This document shows, in pieces, positions 9,394 through 19,585 of a stretch of DNA of 61,060 nucleotides. A program made the position numbers and the translations under genes. The notes below the pieces were generated by a model. It was not told the DNA's origin. It did not search any database and saw only the letters and a list, made by a program, of their open reading frames with translations. How positions within the stretch are numbered: the stretch's first letter is position 1; the number at the start of each line of letters is the position of its first letter. The DNA is taken from the NCBI GenBank assembly GCA_038245905.1, contig JBBRRY010000024.1, positions 1-61,060 of the forward strand. Direction: 5' to 3'. This DNA is from Thermoanaerobaculia bacterium (GTDB lineage Bacteria > Acidobacteriota > Thermoanaerobaculia > UBA5066).

Positions 9394-10107
9394 ATGTCCA
9401 ACCGACTGACGAAGAAACAGATGAAGACGGATCAGCTCGAGCACGCGCTGACGGATGCGCGCGACTTCGTCGTGTCGCACAAGTCCGAAACCACGCGCTG
9501 GATGCTGATCGCCGGCGGTGCCATCCTCGCGATCGGCGCCGTCTGGGGAGGGATCGTTCTCAGGAACAACCGCCTCGCCGCACGCTTCTCCTCGGCGCTG
9601 GCTCTCTTCGACGCGCCTCTCGCGTCCGACACCGCGCCCGCGCCCGGCGCCCGAATCTTCAAGGACGTTGCGGAACGGACCGCGGCCGCGAGAGCGGAGC
9701 TCGCTGCTCTCGCCAAGGATTCCTCATCGACTTCCGCCGGGCGCGCGGCGGCCATCCTCCTGCTCTCGCTCGACGGCGCCAAGGCGGCGACGGGTGCGAA
9801 CCTCGACGCGGCCAAGGCGTTTGCGAGATCCGAGAGCGGCACGATTGCGGCGGGAATCGCCGCCGTGGCGGCGATCGACGCGGAGGCGGGCGCGGGGCGC
9901 CCCAAGGAGGCCCTCGAGACCGCGAAGAAGTACCTCGAGGCCAGCGACTCGCCGGTCTCGAAGGACGTCCTCGTCTTCACGATGGCACGCCTCTACGAGC
10001 AGACGGGACAGAACGTCGAGGCGAAGAGCTTTTATCAGCGCCTCGTGACGGACTTTCCGGACTCGCCTCTCCGGACCGACGCGCAGCAGCGTCTGGCGTC
10101 TTTGTAG
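9394..10107 (+). CDS. membrane-anchored TPR protein (YfgM-like)
   Basis: N-terminal RLTKKQMKTD, one TM helix, C-terminal TPR (ARLYEQTG...AKSFYQRLVTDFPDSP). Confidence 0.7.
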   Translation: MSNRLTKKQMKTDQLEHALTDARDFVVSHKSETTRWMLIAGGAILAIGAVWGGIVLRNNRLAARFSSALALFDAPLASDTAPAPGARIFKDVAERTAAARAELAALAKDSSSTSAGRAAAILLLSLDGAKAATGANLDAAKAFARSESGTIAAGIAAVAAIDAEAGAGRPKEALETAKKYLEASDSPVSKDVLVFTMARLYEQTGQNVEAKSFYQRLVTDFPDSPLRTDAQQRLASL

Positions 10108-10112
10108 AACGC

Positions 10113-11282
10113 GTGAAGCGCCGAGCCATCGTCGTCGTCTGTGACGGGCTCGGAGTCGGTGAGGCCCCGGATGCCGCCGCGTTCGGCGACGTCGGTGCGC
10201 GCACTCTCCAGCACATCGTGCGCGACGGGAGGCCCGTGATCCCGAACCTCACGAAGCTCGGCCTCCTCCACACGATGTACGGCGAGGCGCCTGCCTGGCT
10301 TCCGGCGCCCTCGGGCGCGTTCGGGCGGCTCGCGGAGGCCTCGGCGGGGAAGGACTCGACGACCGGGCACTGGGAGCTCATGGGGCTGACCGTGCCCGTC
10401 GCCTTCCCACTCTACCCGGAGGGCTTCCCGCCCGAGGTCATCGAGCCGTTCGAGAAGGCCGTCGGGAAGAAGGTCCTGCACAACCGTCCCGCCTCGGGGA
10501 CGGAGGTGATCAAGCAGTACGGCGAAGAGCACATGAAGACTGGCCGCCCGATCGTCTACACGTCGGGCGATTCCGTGTTCCAGATCGCGGCCCACGAAGA
10601 GTTCGTCCCGATCGAGACGCTCTACCGCTGGTGCGAGATCGCGCGGGAGATTCTCGTCGGAGAGCACCGCGTCGGCCGCGTCATCGCGCGGCCGTTCGTC
10701 GGCAAGCCGGGCGCCTTCACGCGCACCCACCGGCGGCACGACTACACGGTTCCGCCGGACGGCCCGACGCTCCTCGACACGCTCGACGCCCAGGGCCGGC
10801 GCGTATACGGGATCGGGAAGATCGAGGACCTCTTCTCGGGACGCGGCATCGCGGCGGCCGTCCACACGGAGTCCAACCGCGACGGCCTCGAGAAGACGGT
10901 CGCGGCCCTCTCGGAGCGTGACGACGACTTCGTCTTCTCGAACCTCAACGACTTCGACACGAAGTTTGGCCACCGCAACGACCCGGATGGCTACGCCCGC
11001 GCGCTCGAGGAGCTGGACGCATTCGTCCCGGCGCTTCTCGCTGGGCTCAAAGAGGGCGATGTCCTCCTGATCACGGCGGACCACGGCGGCGACCCGTCGG
11101 ACGTGTCGACGGACCACACGCGCGAGTTCGTGCCGCTGCTGGCCGCGGGCCCGCGCGTGCTCCCCGGCGTGGATATCGGGACGCGCGCGACGTTCGCCGA
11201 CCTCGGGGCGACGGTGGCGGAACATCTTGGGGTCCCGTCCCTCGGCGGCGCGAGCTTCCTCCCGGCGATCTTCCGCGCCTGA
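10113..11282 (+). CDS. deoB: phosphopentomutase
   Basis: VCDGLGVG, GKDSTTGHWE, YTSGDSVFQIAAHE, RVIARPF, GHRND, TADHG, TDHTRE. Confidence 0.95.
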   Translation: MKRRAIVVVCDGLGVGEAPDAAAFGDVGARTLQHIVRDGRPVIPNLTKLGLLHTMYGEAPAWLPAPSGAFGRLAEASAGKDSTTGHWELMGLTVPVAFPLYPEGFPPEVIEPFEKAVGKKVLHNRPASGTEVIKQYGEEHMKTGRPIVYTSGDSVFQIAAHEEFVPIETLYRWCEIAREILVGEHRVGRVIARPFVGKPGAFTRTHRRHDYTVPPDGPTLLDTLDAQGRRVYGIGKIEDLFSGRGIAAAVHTESNRDGLEKTVAALSERDDDFVFSNLNDFDTKFGHRNDPDGYARALEELDAFVPALLAGLKEGDVLLITADHGGDPSDVSTDHTREFVPLLAAGPRVLPGVDIGTRATFADLGATVAEHLGVPSLGGASFLPAIFRA

Positions 11283-11310
11283 CGCGTCTTATACTGAGAC
11301 CGTTCCTCAG

Positions 11311-14058
11311 ATGACGATCAACTCGGGTGTCCGCCTCGGGCCCTATGAGGTCCTGTCTCCCCTCGGCGCCGGAGGGATGGGAGAGGTCTACAGGGCGAAA
11401 GACGTGCGCGTCGACCGGGCGGTGGCCCTGAAGGTACTGCCGGAAGAGCTCTTTGAAAGTGAAGAGAGGAGAGTGCGCTTCGAGCGAGAGGCTCGCATGC
11501 TCGCGAGCCTCAACCATCCGGGAATTGCCGTCCTCTACTCATTCGAAGAAATCCCCGGTCCTTCTCCTTCTTCGACGCGCCACCTCCTCGTCATGGAGCT
11601 CGTCGAGGGAGAAGGCCTCGACCAGAAGGTTTCCTCCGGCCCTCTTCCACTCGAAGAATCTCTTTTGCTGGCGAAACAGATCGCGGACGCGCTGGAAGCG
11701 GCGCACGAGAATGGGATCGTCCACCGGGACCTCAAGCCCGCGAACGTCAAGGTGACGCCCGACGGACGGGTGAAGCTTCTCGACTTCGGCCTCGCGAAGA
11801 TCTTCGAGAGCGACACGATCGCCTCGTCCCCTTCGATCTCCTATTCACCGACGCTCACGGCCCGCGGCACGGCTGCGGGCATGATTCTCGGGACCGCGGC
11901 ATACATGAGCCCGGAGCAGGCTCGCGGCAAGCCGGTCGACAAGCGGACGGACGTCTGGGCGTTTGGGTGCGTGCTCTTCGAAATGCTGACGGGAAAGAGG
12001 GCGTTCGAGGGCGAGACCGTGAGCGACACGCTGGCGGCAATCCTCAGGGGCGAGCCCGACTGGGCGGCGCTGCCGGAGCAGACGCCTGGGGTCGTAAGAA
12101 AGATTCTTAGAAGGTGTTTGCAGCGCGATGCGCGCCTGAGGCTGCACGACATTGCCGATGCCCGGTTGGACCTCGAAGAACTGAGCGCACCGGGCGCGTC
12201 GAGCGCGTCCGGCCAATCACCCTTCGAGGAAGGACAGGTGGGTCCGAGCCCCACGGGAGCAAGCGCGGAACGAGCGAGTCGTGAGCGAGGGAACAGAAAA
12301 TCTCTCTGGATCGCCTGCGGGATTGCGGCCGCGTTCGCGGCCGCGGCGACTGTTTTCGGAGGCTTCGCGTTGCGCTCTCGCAGTCCGCAGCGGGACGCGC
12401 GCGTCGTCCAGTTCGAGGTCCGCGTCCCGGAGGGGGCGGTGTTCGGCAACTCGATGGCGCTTTCGCCCGACGGGCGCCGTCTCGCGTTCGTCGCGTCGGA
12501 CGAGAAGGACGTCGAGCGCCTCTACGTCCGCTCGTTCGACTCCGTCGGCGCCCGGGTCCTCCCCGGAACCGAGGGCGCACGGTTTCCCTTCTGGTCCCCC
12601 GACGGAGCGTCTATCGCGTTCTTCACGGGCGACCGTCTCGCTCGCGTGGGCGTTTCCGGGGGGTCGCCCCAGACGATCTGTCCGGCCACGGACGGCCGTG
12701 GCGGATCCTGGTCCCCCCGCGGCGTCATCGTCTTCGCGCCCGGGACGCGGATGCCGCTCCACCGCGTGAGCGCGATGGGCGGGGTCCCGGCGCTGGTGTC
12801 GGCGTTCGGCTCGAAGGACTTCTCCCACCGCTGGCCGAAAATCCTGCCGGACGGGAGTCACTTCCTCTATCTCTGCATGAGCGATGACGCAGCCCGAGCG
12901 GGCGTGCGTGTCGCGTCGCTCGACGACGCCGAGGACGCGTTCATCGTGGCGTCGCGGGGACGGGCCGACTACGACGCGGGCCGCCTTCTCTACGTGCGCG
13001 AGAGCTCCCTGTACTCGCAGCCTTTCGACGCGGGCCGCCGCAAGCTCTCCGGCGAGCCCGGGCTCGTCGCCGACGGGATCGTCGTCGAGGGAGAGAGCGG
13101 TTTTACCGGCCTCTCGGCCTTCGCGGCGGCCGGGGACGGCGCACTCGTCTACAGGCGCCGCGCGAATCCCCGCCAAAAGCTCACCTGGTTCGACCGCGCA
13201 GGCAGGGTTCTGGGGACGGTGGGGGACCCGGCCGTCATGTCCGAGCCGTTCTGGTTCGCAGGGGGGCAGCGCCTCGGAATCGCGGTGACCGACCGCCGCG
13301 CCGAACTTCTCGACCTCTGGCAGGTCGACCTCGCGCGCGGAACGTGGACGCGCCTCACGTTCGGACCGAAGTCCAACAACACGGGGCTGATCACTCCGGA
13401 CGGAAAGTGGCTCTACTTCTCGTCGAGCCGCGAGGGGCGGATGGGCCTCTTCCGCCGTCCGCTCGACGGGTCCGGTGGCGACGAGCGCGTGCTGGCCTCG
13501 GATGCGGACGTGTACGGCGACTTCGTCAGCCCGGACGGCGCGTGGCTCGTCTACGAATCTCCGGCCGACGCGGGCCGCTACCAGCTCCGGAGGCTCGCGC
13601 TCGCCGGCGACGGCAAGAACCAGCTTCTTCTCGCCATGCCCCAGGCTTCCGTCACGCACTCGTCCCCGTCTCCCGACGGCAGGTTCTTCGCGTACGCCTC
13701 CGACGAGACGGGCCGGGCGGAGGTCTACGTGCAGCGGTTCCCGCCGTCGGGCGGGAAGTGGCAGATCTCGACGGACGGCGGCGACCAGCCGCTCTGGCGC
13801 GCGGACGGCCGCGAGCTTTATTTCCTGTCGACAGACCGGAAGCTCATGGCGGTCGAGCTCTCCCTGGGCGGTGAGGCACAGGTTGGAGTCCCGAAGCAGC
13901 TCTTCCCGATTCGCGTGTCGGCCAACGGGATCTCGGACAACCGTTCGCAATACATCCCGGCCCCGGACGGAAATCGTTTCCTCGTCCTCGCCAACGCGGA
14001 CGACCGGCTCGATCAGCCCGCCGTCGTCGTCCTTAACTGGCCCGCGATGGGAAAATGA
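11311..14058 (+). CDS. Ser/Thr protein kinase K1 (kinase - TM - PD40/TolB-like beta-propeller)
   Basis: GAGGMGEV, VALK, HRDLKPAN, DFG, YMSPEQ; hydrophobic helix; many SPDG repeats; -10 TATACT at 11290-11295. Confidence 0.92.
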   Translation: MTINSGVRLGPYEVLSPLGAGGMGEVYRAKDVRVDRAVALKVLPEELFESEERRVRFEREARMLASLNHPGIAVLYSFEEIPGPSPSSTRHLLVMELVEGEGLDQKVSSGPLPLEESLLLAKQIADALEAAHENGIVHRDLKPANVKVTPDGRVKLLDFGLAKIFESDTIASSPSISYSPTLTARGTAAGMILGTAAYMSPEQARGKPVDKRTDVWAFGCVLFEMLTGKRAFEGETVSDTLAAILRGEPDWAALPEQTPGVVRKILRRCLQRDARLRLHDIADARLDLEELSAPGASSASGQSPFEEGQVGPSPTGASAERASRERGNRKSLWIACGIAAAFAAAATVFGGFALRSRSPQRDARVVQFEVRVPEGAVFGNSMALSPDGRRLAFVASDEKDVERLYVRSFDSVGARVLPGTEGARFPFWSPDGASIAFFTGDRLARVGVSGGSPQTICPATDGRGGSWSPRGVIVFAPGTRMPLHRVSAMGGVPALVSAFGSKDFSHRWPKILPDGSHFLYLCMSDDAARAGVRVASLDDAEDAFIVASRGRADYDAGRLLYVRESSLYSQPFDAGRRKLSGEPGLVADGIVVEGESGFTGLSAFAAAGDGALVYRRRANPRQKLTWFDRAGRVLGTVGDPAVMSEPFWFAGGQRLGIAVTDRRAELLDLWQVDLARGTWTRLTFGPKSNNTGLITPDGKWLYFSSSREGRMGLFRRPLDGSGGDERVLASDADVYGDFVSPDGAWLVYESPADAGRYQLRRLALAGDGKNQLLLAMPQASVTHSSPSPDGRFFAYASDETGRAEVYVQRFPPSGGKWQISTDGGDQPLWRADGRELYFLSTDRKLMAVELSLGGEAQVGVPKQLFPIRVSANGISDNRSQYIPAPDGNRFLVLANADDRLDQPAVVVLNWPAMGK
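12096..12116 (-). repeat. intragenic TTCnAAGAA motif copy (K1 C-lobe)
   Basis: Reverse complement CACCTTCTAAGAATCTTTCTT shares 17 identical nt with the fadJ copy. Confidence 0.75.
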
Positions 14059-16562
14059 CGCTCGAGAAGGGTACCGTCCTCGGGGCGTACGAAATCGTAG
14101 GCCCGCTCGGGGCCGGCGGGATGGGGGAGGTCTACCGGGCGAGAGACGCGAGGCTCGCGAGGGACGTCGCGATCAAGGTGTTGTCGGAAGAGTTCTTCGA
14201 AGGTGAAGAGAGGCGGCAGAGGTTCGAGCGGGAGGCGAAGGCGCTAGCCTCCTTGAACCACCCGAACGTCGCCGCCATCTACTCATTCGAAGAAGCGCCC
14301 TCTTCCTCTTCTCTCTCGTCTTCCCGCCACTTTCTCGTCATGGAGCTCATCGAGGGCGAGACGCTGCGTCATGCCTTCCCACCGGAGCCGCTCGGGACGA
14401 AGCGGATCCTCGAGATCGGGGCGCAGCTCGCGGACGGCCTCGCGAAGGCGCACGCGTCGGGGATCGTCCACCGCGACCTCAAGCCCGAAAACGTCATGGT
14501 GTCCCGTGAAGGCTGGGTGAAGATTCTCGACTTCGGCCTCGCGAAGCTCGCCGAGCCGCGCGGGCAGAACGTCTCGAATCTCGCCACGGCGTCCGGAACG
14601 GTCCCGGGGATGGTGATGGGCACCGTCGGGTACATGTCGCCGGAGCAGGCTGCGGGCCGGCCGGTGGACTTCCGCTCGGACCAGTTCTCCTTCGGGACGA
14701 TGCTTTACGAGCTCGCGACGGGCCGCCGCGCGTTCCAGCGCGACACGAGCGCCGAGACGATCGTCGCGGTCATGCGCGAGGAGCCGGAGCCCATCGTCAA
14801 GCTGAACCCGCGTGTGCCGGCGCCGCTCCGATGGATCGTCGAGCGCTGCCTCGCGAAGGACCCGGAACAGCGCTACGCCTCGACGCGCGACCTCGCGCGC
14901 GACCTCGCGAGCCTGCGCGACCACCTCTCGGAGCTGTCAGGCGAGACGTCCGCGGGCGTCGCGGAGCCCGCGCCCTCGCACCCGACGTTCCAGCGGCTCA
15001 GCTTCCGGCGCGGCACGATCCTCTCGGCGCGGTTCGCACCCGACGGACGGACCGTCGTGTACGGCGCCGCGTGGGAAGGCGAGCCCTGCCGGCTGTTCTC
15101 GACGCGCCCCGAGAGCCCCGAATCCAGCCCTCTGATGTTGCCGGACGCCGAGATCCTGTCGATTTCGCGCACGGGGCAGATGGCGGTCTCGCTCGAGCGG
15201 CGCTGGGCGGGCCGATTCGTCTGGAGCGGCACGCTTTCGCAGGTTCCGCTCTCGGGCGGCGCGCCGCGCGAGCTCCTCGAGGACGTGCACTGGGCGGACT
15301 GGGGGCCCGAGGGCACGAGCCTTGCCGTCGTACGCTCGGTGGCGGGCAAGACCCGGCTCGAGTATCCGATCGGAAAGGTCCTCTACGAGACAGGCGGCTG
15401 GATCAGCCACCCTCGGGTGTCGCCGAAGGGCGACCTCATCGCCTTCCTCGACCATCCGGCCCTCGGCGACGACGAGGGCTCGGTCCTCAGCGTGGACCGG
15501 ACGGGTAAGACAACGGTTCTGTCGAAGGACTGGATCACCGCGTACGGCCTCGCATGGTCGGGCGATGGCAGCGAGATCCTGTTCACGGCGACCCGCGTCG
15601 GCGTCGCGCGCTCGGTTTGGTCCGTCTCGCTCGAGGGCCGCGAGCGGCTCCTCGTGCGGACCCCCGGCGAGCTGACGATCCAGGACGCATCGGCGGACGG
15701 CCGCATCCTCTTGACGAGCGACAACGGGAAGGTCGGGATCATCGGGCGGCCTCCCGGCTCCGACCGGGATCGCGACCTCTCGCTCCTGGACTGGTCGCTC
15801 GTCCGGGATCTCTCGCCGGACGGCAAGCTCCTCCTCTTCGACGAGACGGGCGAGGGGGGCGGCGCCCGGCACGCGCTCTATATGCGGAGTACGGACGGCT
15901 CGCCCGCCGTGCAGCTCGGGTCGGGATGGGCCGGAAGCTTCTCGCCCGACGGCCGATGGGTCGCGTCGACCGGACATGCTCCCGGCGGCCGCGAAATCAC
16001 CCTCCTTCCCGTGAAAGCCGGGGAACCTCGCTCTCTTCCTCGGACCGACCTTGCGATCCACCGCACGTGGTGGCTGCCGGACGGGAAGCGCATCCTCGTC
16101 GCGGCGAACGCGCCCGGAGAAGGGCTCCGTCTCTTCGTCCAGGAGCTCGAAGGCGAGCCCCCACGCCCCATCACGCCGCCGGGGATCGCTCTCGGCTTCT
16201 TTCCGGTCTCACCCGATGGGCGCATCGTCGTGGGACAGGGGCCCGACCGGCATTTCTACGGGTATCCGGTCGAAGGCGGCGACCCCGAGTACGTGCCTGG
16301 GCTCGTCGCCGAGGACAGGCCGATTCGCTTCTCGCCGGATGGCCGCGCCCTTTACGCCTACAGGCGCGGAGAGCTTCCCGCCCGCGTCATCCGCCTCGAT
16401 CTCGAGACTGGCGAGAAGACGACTTCGCACGAGCTGATGCCGGCGGACCCCGCTGGGGTCGTCGAGGTCGTGTCGGTCGCTCTGACCCGCGACGTTTCGT
16501 CATACGCATACAGCTACCACCGAATTCTGTCCGACCTTTTCCTTGTGGAGGGCATTCGATGA
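14055..16562 (+). CDS. Ser/Thr protein kinase K2 with PD40 beta-propeller, no TM helix
   Basis: Intact kinase motifs; SPDG repeats; ATGA overlap with K1; no hydrophobic segment between the domains. Confidence 0.92.
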   Translation: MTLEKGTVLGAYEIVGPLGAGGMGEVYRARDARLARDVAIKVLSEEFFEGEERRQRFEREAKALASLNHPNVAAIYSFEEAPSSSSLSSSRHFLVMELIEGETLRHAFPPEPLGTKRILEIGAQLADGLAKAHASGIVHRDLKPENVMVSREGWVKILDFGLAKLAEPRGQNVSNLATASGTVPGMVMGTVGYMSPEQAAGRPVDFRSDQFSFGTMLYELATGRRAFQRDTSAETIVAVMREEPEPIVKLNPRVPAPLRWIVERCLAKDPEQRYASTRDLARDLASLRDHLSELSGETSAGVAEPAPSHPTFQRLSFRRGTILSARFAPDGRTVVYGAAWEGEPCRLFSTRPESPESSPLMLPDAEILSISRTGQMAVSLERRWAGRFVWSGTLSQVPLSGGAPRELLEDVHWADWGPEGTSLAVVRSVAGKTRLEYPIGKVLYETGGWISHPRVSPKGDLIAFLDHPALGDDEGSVLSVDRTGKTTVLSKDWITAYGLAWSGDGSEILFTATRVGVARSVWSVSLEGRERLLVRTPGELTIQDASADGRILLTSDNGKVGIIGRPPGSDRDRDLSLLDWSLVRDLSPDGKLLLFDETGEGGGARHALYMRSTDGSPAVQLGSGWAGSFSPDGRWVASTGHAPGGREITLLPVKAGEPRSLPRTDLAIHRTWWLPDGKRILVAANAPGEGLRLFVQELEGEPPRPITPPGIALGFFPVSPDGRIVVGQGPDRHFYGYPVEGGDPEYVPGLVAEDRPIRFSPDGRALYAYRRGELPARVIRLDLETGEKTTSHELMPADPAGVVEVVSVALTRDVSSYAYSYHRILSDLFLVEGIR
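14186..14213 (-). repeat. intragenic TTCnAAGAA motif copy (K2 N-lobe)
   Basis: Reverse complement CCTCTCTTCACCTTCGAAGAACTCTTCC. Confidence 0.72.
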
Positions 16563-16631
16563 AGACGACGCGCTCCCGGGCGGCGGAAAGCTCGGTGATT
16601 CCTCTCGAGTAACTTTTGGAAGGAGATCCGG

Positions 16632-17915
16632 ATGAGACGTGGCCTCGCAGTCGTTCCGCTCGCGATCGTCATCGGCCTGTCCGCAGACTCGAGCGCGCAG
16701 CCGGCCGGCGCGGCACCGCCGCCGCCGATCACGCTCAAGCCGGTCCGCGCGGGTCAGGCGCCTCCGAACCCGTACTCGAAGAAGCTCGTGGACCGCGGAA
16801 AGCATCTCGTCCTGGCCAGCGGCTGCAACGACTGCCACACGCCGCGGCTCTTCGATCCCGAGCTGGGCATGCCCACGTTCGACTGGTCGCGAATGCTCTC
16901 GGGACATCCCGAGGGCGGACCGGACCCCGAGGGGGAGCTCGGGCCGGGAGACAACGCCCTCACCGGGGCCACGTTCACGAGCTTCAAGCTGCCCTTCGGC
17001 ACGACGTATTCGGTGAATCTGACGCCCGACCTCGACACGGGGACCGGAACATGGACGGAAAAGATGTTCCTCAACATCTTCAAGAAGGGCCGCCACCTCG
17101 GGGGCGATAGCCGGCCTGTGTATCCGCCCATGCCGTGGGACCGGTACCGAACGATGCCGGAACAGGACCTCAGGGCCATCTTCGCGTACCTGAGGTCGAT
17201 CCCGCCTCTTCGCAACATGCCCGCCACGGAGAAGATTCCGCCGCCGGTCGTCGACTTCGTCATCTCGATCAACGAGAAGAAAATCGCGCTGCAGAAGAAC
17301 CCCGCGGCGAAGCTCGAGAAGGCACCGGCGGGGCCGCGGCCGCCCGCGCTCGCGCTCAAGCCCGTGCATGCCGGAAAGTCGTCGGGTAAGAAGTACGCCG
17401 CCGACCTCGTCAAGAGGGGCAAGGCAATCGTGACGGCCGGGGCCTGCAACGTCTGCCACACGCCGTGGGTCTTCGACGAAACCCTGGGAGTGGCCGCTCC
17501 CGACTTCACCCGCATGCTCTCCGGCCATCCGGAAGGCGGCCCCGATCCCCAGGGCAGGCTCGGACCGCACGACGCGGCGCTCTTCGGGCCGACGTTCACG
17601 AGCGTCGCGCTGCCGTTCGGCGTCGTCTACTCGAAGAACCTGACGCCGGATCTCGAGACCGGCACCGGGAAGTGGACGGAAGACCAGTTCCTTGGTGTCT
17701 TCCGGAAGGCCCGTCATCCGGACGGCAAGACGATCCTCCCGCCGATGCCGTGGGACATGATCCGGTACCGGTCCGACGCGGATCTCAAGGCGGTCTTCGC
17801 GTACCTGCAGTCGATCCCTCCGATTCGGAACGTGGTGGCCGAATCCAAGGTGCCACCGCCGGTCGTGCAGGTGATCGAGAAGGCGAACGAGATCGAAGTG
17901 AAGCGGCGCCGGTGA
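16632..17915 (+). CDS. exported di-heme cytochrome c built from two duplicated domains
   Basis: AAGGAG SD, signal peptide, CNDCH and CNVCH, each followed by NLTPD..TGTG.W and PPMPW. Confidence 0.88.
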   Translation: MRRGLAVVPLAIVIGLSADSSAQPAGAAPPPPITLKPVRAGQAPPNPYSKKLVDRGKHLVLASGCNDCHTPRLFDPELGMPTFDWSRMLSGHPEGGPDPEGELGPGDNALTGATFTSFKLPFGTTYSVNLTPDLDTGTGTWTEKMFLNIFKKGRHLGGDSRPVYPPMPWDRYRTMPEQDLRAIFAYLRSIPPLRNMPATEKIPPPVVDFVISINEKKIALQKNPAAKLEKAPAGPRPPALALKPVHAGKSSGKKYAADLVKRGKAIVTAGACNVCHTPWVFDETLGVAAPDFTRMLSGHPEGGPDPQGRLGPHDAALFGPTFTSVALPFGVVYSKNLTPDLETGTGKWTEDQFLGVFRKARHPDGKTILPPMPWDMIRYRSDADLKAVFAYLQSIPPIRNVVAESKVPPPVVQVIEKANEIEVKRRR

Positions 17916-19585
17916 AGGTCGTGGTGATTCTCCTGGCGCTCGTCGCAGCATCCGCCGCCGCCGCGCCCGCGGCGGCTGACGAATTGTCGGCGCTCGCGCG
18001 TGACTTCTGGACGTGGCGCGCCGTGACGAAGCCGATGACGCGCGACGACGTCGAGCGTATCGCGAGGCCGCAAGGCTGGACGCCGGACTGGTTACTGGAA
18101 TCCGTCGAGGCGCGGAAGAGAACGCTCACGCTCTTCGAGGAGCGGCTGAAGAACCTCGCCGATCCTTTGCGGCCGGTCCCGTGGCAGGTGGACCGGCGCC
18201 TCATCGGGTCGGCGCTCGCGCGCGTTCACTGGGAGCTGGACGTCAAACGCTCGTGGCGGCGCGACCCGACGTTCTGGGTGGACCAGACGCTCCCGATCCT
18301 CGTGGACGCGATGCTCTCGCCGCCACCCTTCGACGAGGCGCGGAGCATGGACGTGGTGCTGCGGCTCGAGTCGATCCCGCGCACACTGGACGAAGCCCGT
18401 GCGGCCCTTGACGAGGTGGCGGCGCCGTCCGCGAAGCTCGCGATCGAGGACCTGAACAAGATCGGCCCGAAGTTGAAGGCCTCGATGGCGGCGCTCGCGC
18501 CGCTCCTCGCTCCCGAGGCGCGCGGGCGCGTCGCTTCCGCGACGCAAAGGGCGATCACGGCCCTGGATTCCTTCCGCGTGTGGCTCGAAGCGCGCCTGCC
18601 ATCGCTCCCGGATCGGAAACCCGTCGGACGCGACGGATACCTGTTCTTCCTCCGCAACGTCGCGCTCGTCCCGTTCTCCCCCGAGGAGCTGCTGTTGATG
18701 GGCCGGCAGGAGTACGACCGCGCCGTCGCGCTCGAAGTCTACGAGCGGCAGTGGAACGCAGGAGTCACGAACCTCCCGATGGTCGCGGACCAGGCCGCGC
18801 ACTCCGCGATGACGGTTCGCGCCGAGGCCGAGATCCGCCGCTTTCTCGACGAGAAGGGAATTCTGAGCTTGCCCGCTTGGCTTCCCCATTACGTGGACGT
18901 GCCTGTGCCGCCGTACCTCGAGGCCCTCGACGGTTTCGGTGAGTGGACTCTCTTCCCGAACACGGCCCGTCCCGGCGAGCCCTCGATCCGGTACATCCCG
19001 AAGCCGTCGCCGAAGCTCGGGTACTTCGCTTCCTCGATGGCGAAGGACCGGCGCCCCCACATGTCGCACGAGGGAATTCCGGGCCATGCGTTTCAGCTCG
19101 TCGCCCTCGCCTCGCGGCACGAGGACGAGATCCGGCGCGAGTTCTACGACTCCGGCCCGATCGAGGGCCTCGCGTTCTACTCCGAGGAGCTGCTTCTCTC
19201 GAGCGGCCTCTACGCGGACGCCCCGAAGGCGCGCGAGATGACGGCGAACTACATGCGCCTCCGGGCCCTCCGTGTCGACGTCGACATTCGTCTCGCGCTC
19301 GGAACCTTCACGATCGATCAAGCCGCGGAGTACCTCCGCACGAGCGTCCCGATGGACGCGGGCACCGCCCGCGCCGAGGCCGCCTCGTTCGCGGCGTCGC
19401 CAGGGCAGGCGATCACGTACCAGATCGGCAAGCTTCAGGTCCTGCGCCTTCTCGCCGAGGCCAGGCGCGTGCAGGGCGACGCCTTCCGCCTTCGCGCTTT
19501 TCACGACTTCGTGTACAAGAACGGCAATGTTCCGCTCTCGCTCCAGCGATGGGAGCTTCTGGGACTGGAGGACGACCTGAAATGA
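17912..19585 (+). CDS. DUF885 family protein (exported)
   Basis: GTG overlapping upstream stop; signal peptide; HEGIPGH, EGLAFYSE, PGQAITYQIG, FHD motifs. Confidence 0.82.
   Translation: MKVVVILLALVAASAAAAPAAADELSALARDFWTWRAVTKPMTRDDVERIARPQGWTPDWLLESVEARKRTLTLFEERLKNLADPLRPVPWQVDRRLIGSALARVHWELDVKRSWRRDPTFWVDQTLPILVDAMLSPPPFDEARSMDVVLRLESIPRTLDEARAALDEVAAPSAKLAIEDLNKIGPKLKASMAALAPLLAPEARGRVASATQRAITALDSFRVWLEARLPSLPDRKPVGRDGYLFFLRNVALVPFSPEELLLMGRQEYDRAVALEVYERQWNAGVTNLPMVADQAAHSAMTVRAEAEIRRFLDEKGILSLPAWLPHYVDVPVPPYLEALDGFGEWTLFPNTARPGEPSIRYIPKPSPKLGYFASSMAKDRRPHMSHEGIPGHAFQLVALASRHEDEIRREFYDSGPIEGLAFYSEELLLSSGLYADAPKAREMTANYMRLRALRVDVDIRLALGTFTIDQAAEYLRTSVPMDAGTARAEAASFAASPGQAITYQIGKLQVLRLLAEARRVQGDAFRLRAFHDFVYKNGNVPLSLQRWELLGLEDDLK

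Noticed and set aside
16559-16612. 17-aa ORF MKTTRSRAAESSVIPLE overlapping the K2 stop
   Set aside because: Too short and without similarity to anything recognisable; it cannot be supported.
18943-19581. N-terminal extension of K3 suggesting a fusion protein
   Set aside because: It overlaps DUF885 in another frame; the family-typical start MTLAAGTRLG is at 19582.
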